Part shown: one piece after another, positions 9,872 to 18,453 of the stretch | How the letters are laid out: each line of letters starts with the position of its first letter | How positions within the stretch are numbered: the stretch's first letter is position 1 | NCBI GenBank assembly: GCA_963834265.1 | Contig: CAWIAU010000003.1 | Location: 12,475-76,474 of the forward strand | From: an uncultured bacterium | Lineage (GTDB): Bacteria > Patescibacteriota > Saccharimonadia > Saccharimonadales > 2-12-FULL-41-12 | DNA: 64,000 bases | Direction of reading: 5' to 3' | Position numbers and translations under genes: made by a program | Notes under the pieces: model-generated | Seen by the model: the letters and a program-made list of their open reading frames with translations, nothing else | Databases searched by the model: none | What the model was told of the DNA's origin: nothing

Positions 9872-10336
9872 ATTGTAAACGCTATCAAAGTAAAGCGAGT
9901 AAATACAACCGATGATCTATCGGTTATTGCGCGGAGTATTTTTGATGCAAAGTGGGATAAGGATAACGACATTAAGAATTATGACGAAGAATCTATCAGA
10001 AAGTTTGTCGCCGTTCCGGATAATGTTCTATTGATTGCTTATGTTGACAACAATCCTGCCGGCATAGTGCTGGCCATGAAGTTGCTCAAGCCGTACAAAG
10101 ATGAAGATTGGTTCTATGTTGATGAAGTGGATGTGCTACCTGAATTTCGCCGACAAGGAGTCGCACGGGCAATGATGCAAAAAGTATTGGAAATAGCAGC
10201 AGAATGGGGTTTGGATGAAGTGTGGTTGGGGACAGAGCCGGACAATATGGCTGCAAACAAACTATACAAATCTATGAATCCGAGCGAAGTTGAAGAGTTT
10301 ATCGGCTATACTTACAAGACTAAGACGAAAGATTGA
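9872..10336 (+). CDS. GNAT-family N-acetyltransferase, probable non-canonical ATT start
   Basis: It has the acetyl-CoA motif RRQGVARAMM. The frame is open from 9863, and the upstream 53 codons look like GNAT beta1/alpha1-2. There is no ATG/GTG/TTG before 10028. AGGAGG at 9861-9866 lies 5 nt before ATT at 9872. Confidence 0.55.
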   Translation: MVNAIKVKRVNTTDDLSVIARSIFDAKWDKDNDIKNYDEESIRKFVAVPDNVLLIAYVDNNPAGIVLAMKLLKPYKDEDWFYVDEVDVLPEFRRQGVARAMMQKVLEIAAEWGLDEVWLGTEPDNMAANKLYKSMNPSEVEEFIGYTYKTKTKD

Positions 10337-10355
10337 TTTAAAGATTACAGATTAT

Positions 10356-10664
10356 ATGAAACATCACCATAATGTTAAGCATAATTTACTAACGCAGAAG
10401 TGGCATCAGCTCACTTCGCTAGATCAGTTTGTGCTGATCATTGGTGTTGTAGAACCATTTTTTACAATTCCTCAGCTTATCCAGATTTTTTCGACAAAAA
10501 ATGCCCAGGGACTCTCTATAATAACGTGGCTTCTGTTTGTGTTTTCTACATCAGTATTATTCTACTGGGGAGTAAAGAGAAAACTAAAGCCAATTTATAT
10601 TCCTCAGGCAGTCTGGCTGATTTCTGAGCTAATAATGATCTACGGGATTATCATGTATGGCTAA
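10356..10664 (+). CDS. SemiSWEET/PQ-loop-like 3-TM membrane protein
   Basis: It has three helices and a PQ motif (FFTIPQLIQIF). The start was chosen at the internal ATG (MKHHHNV) to avoid a long overlap with the GNAT gene. Confidence 0.5.
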   Translation: MKHHHNVKHNLLTQKWHQLTSLDQFVLIIGVVEPFFTIPQLIQIFSTKNAQGLSIITWLLFVFSTSVLFYWGVKRKLKPIYIPQAVWLISELIMIYGIIMYG

Positions 10665-11760
10665 GCGGGATTATTATGAAGTTTTGGGGCTGAGCAAAGG
10701 TGCTTCTGATGACGAGATCAAGAAGGCTTTTCGTCGTATGGCCGTCGAGCATCATCCGGACAAAGCTGGCGGCGATGAGACTAAGTTTAAAGAAATAAAT
10801 GAGGCTTATGAAGTGCTCAAAGACTCCTCAAAGCGTCAGCGCTATGATCAGTTCGGCCATGCCGGAGTGGGTGGAACATCAGGAGATGGCGGTAATCCGT
10901 TTGCAGGATTCGGCGGTCAGGGTCAGGATGTAAATTTTGATTTCGGCGATCTGGGACTTGGCGATATTCTGGGTAGCTTTTTTGGGGGCGGCCAGAATGC
11001 CCGCGGACAAAGGCAGTCGAGAGGCAACGACGTCGAAACCTCTATTGAGCTGGATTTTGAAGAAGCAGTCTTCGGGGTGGAGCGTGAGCTCAAACTAACT
11101 CTGCAGGATACGTGTTCGCACTGCAAAGGCACGACGGCCGAACCCGGCCATGAGCTCAAAGCCTGCGGAACATGTAAAGGCTCCGGACAGGTAATTCAGG
11201 AAATGCGGACAATATTCGGCAACATACAACAAGCTGCAGTCTGTAAGACCTGCAAAGGTTCCGGTAAAATACCGGAAAAAGTATGTACCGTTTGCAAGGG
11301 ATCGGGGACTGAGCGACGAAGCCAGATAATCAAGTTGAAGGTACCGGCTGGTGTTGATGACGGAGCGACTATCCGGCTGCGGGAACACGGTGAGGCGATA
11401 GCTAACGGTGCCAAAGGCGACCTGTATGTGCACCTGCGTGTAAATCCTCACAAGAAGTTTACACGTGAAGACGAGCTGATACTTAGTGAAGAACATGTGG
11501 ATATGGTGGATGCAGCTCTGGGAATAGAAATAGAAGTTGAGACTGTCGACGGGCCAATCAAGATGAAAGTTCCTGCCGGTACACAGAGTGGTACAGATTT
11601 CAAGCTGTCCGGTCATGGAGTTCCTCATCTTCGCAATGAGCAGCGGGGTGCCCATATCGTGACGATCACCGTGGATACTCCGACGAGGTTGTCCAAAGAT
11701 CAGGTTGAATTATTGGAACAATTCAAAAATTTTCACAAAAAAGGGTTTTTCGGTCTTTAA
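10657..11760 (+). CDS. dnaJ: Co-chaperone DnaJ
   Basis: It has a J domain with HPD (HHPDK), a G/F-rich linker, and four CxxCxGxG zinc-finger repeats. Confidence 0.95.
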   Translation: MAKRDYYEVLGLSKGASDDEIKKAFRRMAVEHHPDKAGGDETKFKEINEAYEVLKDSSKRQRYDQFGHAGVGGTSGDGGNPFAGFGGQGQDVNFDFGDLGLGDILGSFFGGGQNARGQRQSRGNDVETSIELDFEEAVFGVERELKLTLQDTCSHCKGTTAEPGHELKACGTCKGSGQVIQEMRTIFGNIQQAAVCKTCKGSGKIPEKVCTVCKGSGTERRSQIIKLKVPAGVDDGATIRLREHGEAIANGAKGDLYVHLRVNPHKKFTREDELILSEEHVDMVDAALGIEIEVETVDGPIKMKVPAGTQSGTDFKLSGHGVPHLRNEQRGAHIVTITVDTPTRLSKDQVELLEQFKNFHKKGFFGL

Positions 11761-11792
11761 ATTGCTCATTTATCGTAAAATATATAACACAT

Positions 11793-11909
11793 ATGTCTGA
11801 TAACAAAAACCAAGGCGGATTTATCACCATGATCATAATACTGGTCTTGATTCTGGTGGCAGCGATATTCTTTGCTTATATGCGCGTAAAAACGCATCAA
11901 CAGAGGTAG
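11793..11909 (+). CDS. Possible 38-aa single-TM peptide
   Basis: My own translation gives MSDNKNQGGFITMIIILVLILVAAIFFAYMRVKTHQQR. It is very short, so the call is weak. Confidence 0.2.
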   Translation: MSDNKNQGGFITMIIILVLILVAAIFFAYMRVKTHQQR

Positions 11910-11913
11910 ACTA

Positions 11914-11943
11914 TTGACCTTGTAGCATTATTTATGCTATAAT
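11914..11943 (+). promoter_or_regulatory. Sigma70-type promoter of the rimK-like operon
   Basis: TTGACC (11914-11919), an 18-nt spacer, then TATAAT (11938-11943), about 48 nt upstream of the 11991 start. Confidence 0.4.
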
Positions 11944-11990
11944 AATAAGAATTAATATTAGAAAGTATCTCAGAACCGGTAATCATACAT

Positions 11991-12944
11991 ATGAAAGACG
12001 TATTAATAATTACTTCAAGGTCAGAAAAAACGGTTGCCTGGAAAAAACGTGAAGTGTATGTACGTAATTTTTGTGATGCAGTGAGTGCCCGGAATCCGAA
12101 AATTCGTGCGCGGTATACCACCTATCAGGATTTGCAACACTCTATCCGAAACGGGAAAGCGGTTATATTCGATAGTCTGAACCAAACGGATGTCAGCAAA
12201 GTACAATTTGTTCACTTTAAAAACTGGAATTCTGAGCGTGGCCAGGCTCCGGTAGTTGCAGCTTATCTGAAAATGCACAAAATATCTTTTGCTAATAGCG
12301 AGGTCGGAGGTTTGTCTACACCTCCCGGCAAGTTGGCACAGATGTTTCTGCTCGGTACTCACGGAATACCCGTACCTGATACGTTCTATGCTTCCAGAGG
12401 AGTGTTAAAAGAAATTTTTATCAATAACAAATTGCCCGAAGGTTTTAATTATCCTTTGATTATGAAAGCGAACGATGGGGCGCAGGGCCATAATAATCAT
12501 CTGATAACGAAAGCACAACAGGCGGTTGACGCTATAAATACGAGTGAAGATGAGACTGAATATATTTTGCAGAATTATATTCCGAATGATGGTGATTACC
12601 GCATATTATATATGGGATTTGAGAGTGACCCGCTTATTTTTCATCGCAAAGCTGTAGCCGGCAACCATCTGAATAATACATCGCAAGGCGGATCCGGACG
12701 GTTTATTGATATAAAAAGTCTGCCTGAAGAGTATCTGCGTAACGCAAGGAAAGCGGCAGAGCTTATGGGCCGGGAATTCGGAGGGGTTGATATATTGGTG
12801 GACAAAACGACCTCTCTACCCTATGTACTGGAAGTAAATGGCACGCCGGCACTGGCGACCGGATACGGGGTGGATATCAAGATCAGTCACTTTGCACGTT
12901 ATGTAGAAAAATCACTATATCCGGGAAAAAAACGTTATGAATAA
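11991..12944 (+). CDS. ATP-grasp ligase, RimK-like paralogue
   Basis: 317 aa. The C-terminal ATP-grasp core resembles RimK-family ligases (GGVDILVDKTTSLPYVLEVNGTPA). Confidence 0.65.
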   Translation: MKDVLIITSRSEKTVAWKKREVYVRNFCDAVSARNPKIRARYTTYQDLQHSIRNGKAVIFDSLNQTDVSKVQFVHFKNWNSERGQAPVVAAYLKMHKISFANSEVGGLSTPPGKLAQMFLLGTHGIPVPDTFYASRGVLKEIFINNKLPEGFNYPLIMKANDGAQGHNNHLITKAQQAVDAINTSEDETEYILQNYIPNDGDYRILYMGFESDPLIFHRKAVAGNHLNNTSQGGSGRFIDIKSLPEEYLRNARKAAELMGREFGGVDILVDKTTSLPYVLEVNGTPALATGYGVDIKISHFARYVEKSLYPGKKRYE

Positions 12945-13419
12945 ATTTCAAATTGTTATAGGACGTTCTGAGAATCTTGATATCGTTGACATTGCTTTGG
13001 ATGTACCGGCCAAGATTGATACGGGTGCATTCCGGTCATCAATCCATGCGCGTGATATTAAGATTATTATCAAAGATGGCAGGCAGGTACTGTCCTGTAA
13101 TCTGCTGGGTCATCCCTGCTCTCCCGTTACCAGACCTTTTAGTTCAACAGAGTTCAACAAAGTTACCGTAATGAGCTCATTTGGCAAAGAAGAAGAACGC
13201 TATGAGGTAGTACTGAAAATTAAACTGGGACCCAAAGTTTTCAAAACTTCATTTACACTGGCTGATCGTTCTAACAATCTTTTTCCGGTTCTGGCGGGCA
13301 GGACACTTCTAAAAGATCGTTATCTGATAGATGTTGCCAAATCAAATGTTGATCGTTCTAAACTAAAGAGAACTTTCGGTATACAATCAACAGGTGATGC
13401 TGAGGATGTGGAAGATTAA
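12937..13419 (+). CDS. RimK-associated retropepsin-like 'ATP-dependent zinc protease' domain protein (PF05618-like)
   Basis: It has the AKIDTGAFRSSIHA motif characteristic of this family. It is translationally coupled to the upstream ligase (ATGAATAA overlap). Confidence 0.6.
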   Translation: MNKFQIVIGRSENLDIVDIALDVPAKIDTGAFRSSIHARDIKIIIKDGRQVLSCNLLGHPCSPVTRPFSSTEFNKVTVMSSFGKEEERYEVVLKIKLGPKVFKTSFTLADRSNNLFPVLAGRTLLKDRYLIDVAKSNVDRSKLKRTFGIQSTGDAEDVED

Positions 13420-13427
13420 GGTATAGA

Positions 13428-14339
13428 ATGAGCTCAATGAACATTGTAATTTTGTCTAAAGGGCCGGGAAATTACAGCACGCGGCGCCTCAAAGAAGAAG
13501 CCAGGCTCCGTGGACATAGCGTCCGTGTCGTAAATTACGGCGCCTGCTATATGGCAATTGAAAAAGGAAATCCTGTGGTTTTTTATAAGGGTGAACCGCT
13601 GACCGACATTGACGCGATCATACCGCGTATTGCCCAGAGTTACACAAGATATGGCACTGCCGTTGTACGGCAGTTCGAAATGCAGGGCATATATACGACC
13701 ACAAGTTCAATCGCAATCAATCGTGTGCGTGATAAACTACGCTCATATCAACTACTGGCAAAATCAGACATTGGTATACCCAAAACGGTCCTTGCCCGTG
13801 AAACCTCAGATTTTGATGATGTGATCGCCCATGCCGGCGGCACCCCGCTGATTATCAAAGTAGCTCGCGGCACTCATGGCAACGGTGTAGTACTGGCCGA
13901 GACCAAAAAAGCTGCTCAGGCTGTGATGCAGGCTTTTTATGTGGAGGGAGTGAACTTCCTGGTACAGGAATTTGTTGCCGAGGCAGCGGGTACAGATATA
14001 CGTGCAGTCGTTGTAGGCGGTAAGGTTGTAGCCAGCATGAAGCGACAAAGTCTGAATGACGACTTCCGGTCCAATCTGCATCAGGGCGGTGAAGGAACAA
14101 TGATCAAATTAACAGATGATGAACGCAAAATTGCAGTCAAAGCAGCCAAAGCTATGGGGTTGCCGGTGTGCGGAGTGGATATGATGCGCAGCGACCGCGG
14201 ACCATTGGTTCTGGAAGTAAATGCCAGCCCCGGTTTTAATATCGAAAAAGTGACAGGACGCAACGTGGCCGGTAAGATTATAGAATATGTTGAACAAAAC
14301 GCCCGTGGCAAAAAACGCAAAGACCGGGTCGGCGCTTAG
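13428..14339 (+). CDS. rimK: Alpha-L-glutamate ligase RimK (ribosomal protein S6 modification type)
   Basis: 303 aa, collinear with the RimK family (ILS..PGNYSTRRL.EEA..RGH; ATP-grasp GLPVCGVDMMRSDRGPLVLEVNASPG). Confidence 0.85.
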   Translation: MSSMNIVILSKGPGNYSTRRLKEEARLRGHSVRVVNYGACYMAIEKGNPVVFYKGEPLTDIDAIIPRIAQSYTRYGTAVVRQFEMQGIYTTTSSIAINRVRDKLRSYQLLAKSDIGIPKTVLARETSDFDDVIAHAGGTPLIIKVARGTHGNGVVLAETKKAAQAVMQAFYVEGVNFLVQEFVAEAAGTDIRAVVVGGKVVASMKRQSLNDDFRSNLHQGGEGTMIKLTDDERKIAVKAAKAMGLPVCGVDMMRSDRGPLVLEVNASPGFNIEKVTGRNVAGKIIEYVEQNARGKKRKDRVGA

Positions 14340-14829
14340 AAATAAACTGGCAGTTGTTGGTTTAGGTTTGTTTGTTTGCGCACTCTTTATTCTGCTTGTA
14401 CTAACATCGTTGGTGCGTGACAAAAATAATCAACCGGATGTGGCATCTGTCAGCAAACCGGACAGTTATTGTTTGAAAACAATGGCTGATAACTATTCCG
14501 ATTGCAGCATCAGGCTGGAACTTGCAGGGACAGATGCACAGCGAACAAAAGGATTATCGGGACGTGATTCATTAGCCGTGGATCACGGTATGTTATTCCG
14601 TTTTGACCAGGCTGGTACGCATTGCATGTGGATGAAAGATATGAAACTCCCGATTGATATTTTGTGGCTCGACGACAGTGATAAAATTGTTAAAATAGAA
14701 CACAATTTGTCTCCGGATACATATCCTGCGAGTTTCTGTGCAGATAATTCCAAGCAGGTGGTTGAGCTTAGTTCAGGAAGTGCTTTGCGTTTAGGGTTGC
14801 ATCCGGGAGATAAAACTGTAGTAGACTAG
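14287..14829 (+). CDS. DUF192-family secreted/membrane-anchored protein
   Basis: An N-terminal TM helix followed by the DUF192 core (GMLFRF......MWMKDMKLPIDILWLD). The start is uncertain because it overlaps the rimK 3' end. Confidence 0.6.
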   Translation: MLNKTPVAKNAKTGSALRNKLAVVGLGLFVCALFILLVLTSLVRDKNNQPDVASVSKPDSYCLKTMADNYSDCSIRLELAGTDAQRTKGLSGRDSLAVDHGMLFRFDQAGTHCMWMKDMKLPIDILWLDDSDKIVKIEHNLSPDTYPASFCADNSKQVVELSSGSALRLGLHPGDKTVVD

Positions 14830-14833
14830 TCTC

Positions 14834-15313
14834 ATGACAGAAACGCTTATACTCGGCGCTATCGTATCGTCGCTATGGATTGCTTTTGTATGGCTTCGGG
14901 TGCCAGCAGCATTATTATTCCTAAGCTTGCTTGTAGGGCGACAATTGGTCAGTGAAGTCGGCTATGATGCGTACGAATTTACCGCAACAGTTGTTAAAGT
15001 TAATGATCCGAAGATAGTACAGCTAATCCTGTTTTTATCACCTGTAGTACTAAGCTTGTTATTCCTTCACGGAAAACTGGCCAAATCAAAAATGTTAATA
15101 GAAGCAATTCCATTGTTGTTTGCCGCTGCTATGCTGGTACTGTTTATGGCGCCTTTAATCCCTCATTTGCAACAACTGCTCGATAATGTTCTGAATAATC
15201 AGACAGATACATATCGTAGTCTGGTAGTGGTCTGCGGTTCTGTAGCTATTCTGGTTCTTACCTGGTTCAGCTATGCCCGCACCAGTCACGAAAAGCACGG
15301 CAAGCATCATTGA
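14834..15313 (+). CDS. Multi-TM membrane protein, unknown function
   Basis: 159-aa hydrophobic ORF with no recognised motif. Confidence 0.4.
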   Translation: MTETLILGAIVSSLWIAFVWLRVPAALLFLSLLVGRQLVSEVGYDAYEFTATVVKVNDPKIVQLILFLSPVVLSLLFLHGKLAKSKMLIEAIPLLFAAAMLVLFMAPLIPHLQQLLDNVLNNQTDTYRSLVVVCGSVAILVLTWFSYARTSHEKHGKHH

Positions 15314-15328
15314 CACTTGTTGCATAGA

Positions 15329-15356
15329 TTGACATTTCGCTCAAAATATCGATAAT
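15329..15356 (+). promoter_or_regulatory. Promoter preceding a structured leader and tRNA-Lys
   Basis: TTGACA (15329-15334), a 16-nt spacer, then GATAAT (15351-15356). Two extended hairpins follow at 15401-15430 and 15451-15509. Confidence 0.4.
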
Positions 15357-15526
15357 CTAAGGAGTTATTTCTACTTTTTTACGCCGTAGGCAGCCAAATG
15401 ATTAAACTAAGCAATTTATTGCTGTTTAATCTTTTGAGAGGAAGAACTGCGGAGAGCTGAGCAAGTGATACGAGCAAACTTGTTTTGTCGTATCACCAGA
15501 TCAGCTCCATTAGCAGATTCTGACGA

Positions 15527-15603
15527 GGGTCCATAGCTCAGCCGGTTAGAGCACCTGCCTTTTAAGCAGGGTGTCGTGGGTTCGAGTCCCACTGGACCCT
15601 CCA
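15527..15603 (+). tRNA. tRNA-Lys (anticodon UUU), CCA encoded
   Basis: The cloverleaf was folded by hand: acceptor GGGTCCA/TGGACCC, anticodon arm CCTGC-CTTTTAA-GCAGG, T arm GTGGG-TTCGAGT-CCCAC. The 3' end ...ACCCTCCA contains the element core CCCTCCA (15597-15603). Confidence 0.95.
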
Positions 15604-15616
15604 GTCTAGTAAAATC

Positions 15617-15638
15617 AGCCCCTTCGGGGGCTTTTTTG
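15617..15638 (+). terminator. Rho-independent terminator after tRNA-Lys
   Basis: AGCCCC-TTCG-GGGGCT followed by a T-run. It lies inside the inserted (relic) DNA, not in ancestral flank. Confidence 0.7.
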
Positions 15639-15639
15639 T

Positions 15640-16628
15640 TACTCCGTATCTGTAAATAGGGCTAATTTCTGGTATATAAACATTTTTGTCTGGTGAAAGC
15701 TGTATTCCGCAGGGAAATAACATTTGTTTACATACTCGCATTGTAGCCTTGTCTAGCTCCCACCATTCGTACCCTGTAAGTTGTCCATGATGTCAAAAGC
15801 GAAGACTATGAACTCATGAAAGTCCTTTTCGAAGTTTTGAGCTTCTGATGCGGTCTTGCTCGGCTGTAACAATATCGATCTTTAACTTGCTCAATTGATT
15901 CTTTAATGTCTATCTGCGAGGTCAGGGTTGGCTACCAAGCTGTCTATGAACTTAGTCTTCTTATCTTTCAGTATAGCAAGACGTCCTAAGGCGATTCTAG
16001 CTTGCTCAATCCTTACTTTCTCGTATGACCGCCATACCTTTCTAGCAGTGTTCTTTTAGCTTTTCTCTTTCTGCTCATAAGACAAGAGGAGCTGTGATAG
16101 CTCCTCCGTAATGTCTTTATGGAGTGTTTCTTGTCTCACTCCGAGATTGCAGTCCCGACAGCGATACCTCCTATATCGCTTGAAACCTTTCTTTTGGCCA
16201 TTGTTCTGCCAATATCCTACTAACCTAGGATAAGGATTACCAGCAAATATACACCTTGTACATTCAGCTTCGTTTGAGAATGGGAACTCTGGGTTGTTTT
16301 TATTTACGATGAATCGTTTACCTTTATTTTTAGCCAATGACACAAGTACCTCGTGTTCAGCCTTGGTTATCATAGCCGTGTGCAAGCCCTCCTCATTTTC
16401 CGCTGGCCAATCACCTAGTTTGAGAAAGCCATAATAGTAGGGGTCGCACATAAGGTTCTTCCAGCGGAACATATCTATTTTTTTACCACCGACTGCTTTT
16501 GGCCCATAGTTCTTTGTTCGTAAGCCCCGCTCAGTGACTTTCTTTAGTCCCTCGCTTACAGTTAATTCACCGGCAACCATTTCTTTGAATGTATCTCGCA
16601 TAGCTGACCAATTAGGCTCACCCTCCAA
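15640..16628 (-). pseudogene. Relic of a second large serine recombinase (no catalytic N-domain, frameshifted C-terminus)
   Basis: The 190-aa ORF (16056-16628) parallels the recombinase plus zinc-ribbon region of the intact LSR (DPYYYGFLKLG vs SDFYLGYYYHLG; CTRC...CRDC vs CGEC...C). Downstream, 15640-16055 still translates to LSR-like coiled-coil/C-terminal pieces in three different frames with stops. Confidence 0.7.
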
Positions 16629-18268
16629 GATTCAAATATTTGCGCTAAAGCTGGTTCTAACTGTTTAGAATCGGCTTTTTCTTTAGTTCCGACCTTGAGG
16701 TAGGATTCTTGTAATGGTGAATAATGGTCAGCTATCGGTTTAAGCCAAGCACTCGGCTCTATTACCAGATGATTGTCTTTCAATGTGAGTTGCTGACCTA
16801 AGGTTTTGAGGATATCCCTCTTTGTTCCGACCGTACCTGACGCAAAGTTCTCCTTAGCGTGTACTGCGAAACTAAATGCCCGTTCATTCAACTCATCATA
16901 GCTATCCGCTCTGCGTTCAGTCTTTCGTAATTGTTCATCAACTTGAGCAAGTTCAGTTTTTAAGTTGTTGCGGATACGGTTGTAATCGTCTTCATCAATT
17001 TGCTCGCGGTTTAGGTTTCTAACTAGCTCATCAACTTCTTTTCGCAGGTTAGCACGTTGCTTAATCAATGTTTCATAGAGCTTAGAGCGGTCTTTAACTT
17101 CTTCTTTGTGGTTTCGTTTAAGAATATCTAATGCCATGTCCTTAAACTCTGGAATAATAGTGTATTTCTCAAGTTCGGTCTGTATATCTCTCTCTATATC
17201 TTCAACTTGTGTGTATACGGTTTGAGTACACGGTCTTTTCATACTCTTGCGAGAACAATAGTAGTAAACATAAGTAACGTACTTGTTTTTGCTTTTAATA
17301 AAACGTGTATTGTGTCTTGCTTGAACTAAGCAACCACATTCACCACAGCGAATCATACCGGCATAGGCGTAATCAAAGCCACCAGTTCGTTTGTTGGCCT
17401 TTTTGCCTAGTAAATCTTGGGCTAGGTGATATTCTTCGGCTGTAATCATTGATTCGTAGTTCCCCTCATATTTTACGCCGAGATGATAGTAATAGCCTAA
17501 GTAAAAGTCGCTCTGAAATATGCGGTACACCATACTCTTAGTCATTGGTTGGCCGCCTAATGGTAAACCGTCTTTCCTGCGTTTATACGGAGGCGTTGTA
17601 TAGCTTGTTTCGCTAATAACGTGTTTCCATATTTGCGAAGGGGTCATTCGCTCATTTAGGAACTGATTCCACATATTTTTAACGATGTCATAGCGTTCAG
17701 GGTCTTTAACAGTTTCAGTTACAATTTTTTTCCCACGCATTACAGGATTTCCGTATTGGTCTAATATAGGCGATTTCTTGTAGCCGGGCATTACTCGTCC
17801 GGGCTTTTCGCCAGTGGCGGCCTTAGTTTTTAAGCCCCTTGAAACGTCCACACCTTGCTTAGAGGACTGATATTGCCCTTGGTTCATAACGATTTGCAAC
17901 ATCATGATACCCTCTGGTGTGTTATCAAAGTTATAGGAGCAGAATTGCAGGTCTTTTAATTTGCCTCGTAGAGCATAGGTGATTTCAGCACTATCTATTT
18001 CATTTCTAGAAAGACGGTTTGGGTGCCAACATACTATTGCGTCAGCCTCGCCATTTTCTATCATATTCATCATTTGCCTGAATATTGTTCGTCCGGTTGT
18101 AAAGGCACTTCGGCTTTCAGGTTCAAGCCATTTAACGATGTTAAGGTCTGGGTACTTTGCTTTAATGTTTTCTATTTGGCTTAAATGGGAAAGTTCTTGT
18201 TTTTCTTTATCTTCGCTAGACTTACGAACGTAAGCGATATAGCGTAAATTGTTTTTAGTCTTTTTCAT
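16562..18268 (-). CDS. Large serine recombinase (integrase/invertase), intact, 568 aa
   Basis: It has an N-terminal resolvase domain (YVRKSSEDK catalytic Ser region; NRLSRN), a recombinase domain, a Cys4 zinc ribbon (CGECGC...CSRKS...C) and a long coiled-coil. The last 60 or so codons lie in repeat A and read across the att core. Confidence 0.9.
   Translation of the reverse strand: MKKTKNNLRYIAYVRKSSEDKEKQELSHLSQIENIKAKYPDLNIVKWLEPESRSAFTTGRTIFRQMMNMIENGEADAIVCWHPNRLSRNEIDSAEITYALRGKLKDLQFCSYNFDNTPEGIMMLQIVMNQGQYQSSKQGVDVSRGLKTKAATGEKPGRVMPGYKKSPILDQYGNPVMRGKKIVTETVKDPERYDIVKNMWNQFLNERMTPSQIWKHVISETSYTTPPYKRRKDGLPLGGQPMTKSMVYRIFQSDFYLGYYYHLGVKYEGNYESMITAEEYHLAQDLLGKKANKRTGGFDYAYAGMIRCGECGCLVQARHNTRFIKSKNKYVTYVYYYCSRKSMKRPCTQTVYTQVEDIERDIQTELEKYTIIPEFKDMALDILKRNHKEEVKDRSKLYETLIKQRANLRKEVDELVRNLNREQIDEDDYNRIRNNLKTELAQVDEQLRKTERRADSYDELNERAFSFAVHAKENFASGTVGTKRDILKTLGQQLTLKDNHLVIEPSAWLKPIADHYSPLQESYLKVGTKEKADSKQLEPALAQIFESWRVSLIGQLCEIHSKKWLPVN
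16621..16801. repeat. Inverted repeat A (181 bp), left end of element, includes LSR 3' coding end
   Basis: Exact reverse complement of 19790-19970, compared block by block with no mismatch seen. Confidence 0.9.
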
Positions 18269-18334
18269 AGTGATTACCTCTAATAATTATCAATTAATTG
18301 AGCGGTAATATCACTGAAAGTTATTTATGATATT

Positions 18335-18420
18335 TTATATAAACCTAGTATTAGGTACATACCTCGTACTTATATAAACCTAATACTTTTATATACCTTA
18401 TACCTTATAAATCTAATACC
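18335..18420. repeat. AT-rich short direct repeats in the LSR upstream region
   Basis: TTATATAAACCTA occurs twice about 35 bp apart. ATACCTT x2 and CTAATAC x2 also occur, all between the 129-aa ORF stop and the LSR start. Confidence 0.4.
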
Positions 18421-18453
18421 CGCATTTTTCACTAATGAATAAAGGCGTGCGCT

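Noticed and set aside
9639-9878. 79-aa plus-strand ORF between dnaK and the GNAT gene
   Set aside because: The composition is not protein-like. The region is better explained by a minus-strand 56-aa membrane micro-ORF and by the RBS and 5' end of the GNAT gene.
15380-15400. GGCAGCCAAATGA resembling the SRP (4.5S) RNA helix-8 sequence GCAGCCAAGGCAGA
   Set aside because: The GGAA tetraloop and the complementary 5' strand are absent. The surrounding folds do not match an SRP hairpin.
18335-18420. Short AT-rich direct repeats considered as a possible mini-CRISPR or tandem array
   Set aside because: There are only two copies of a 13-mer with irregular spacing and no cas genes. They are reported only as possible binding sites.
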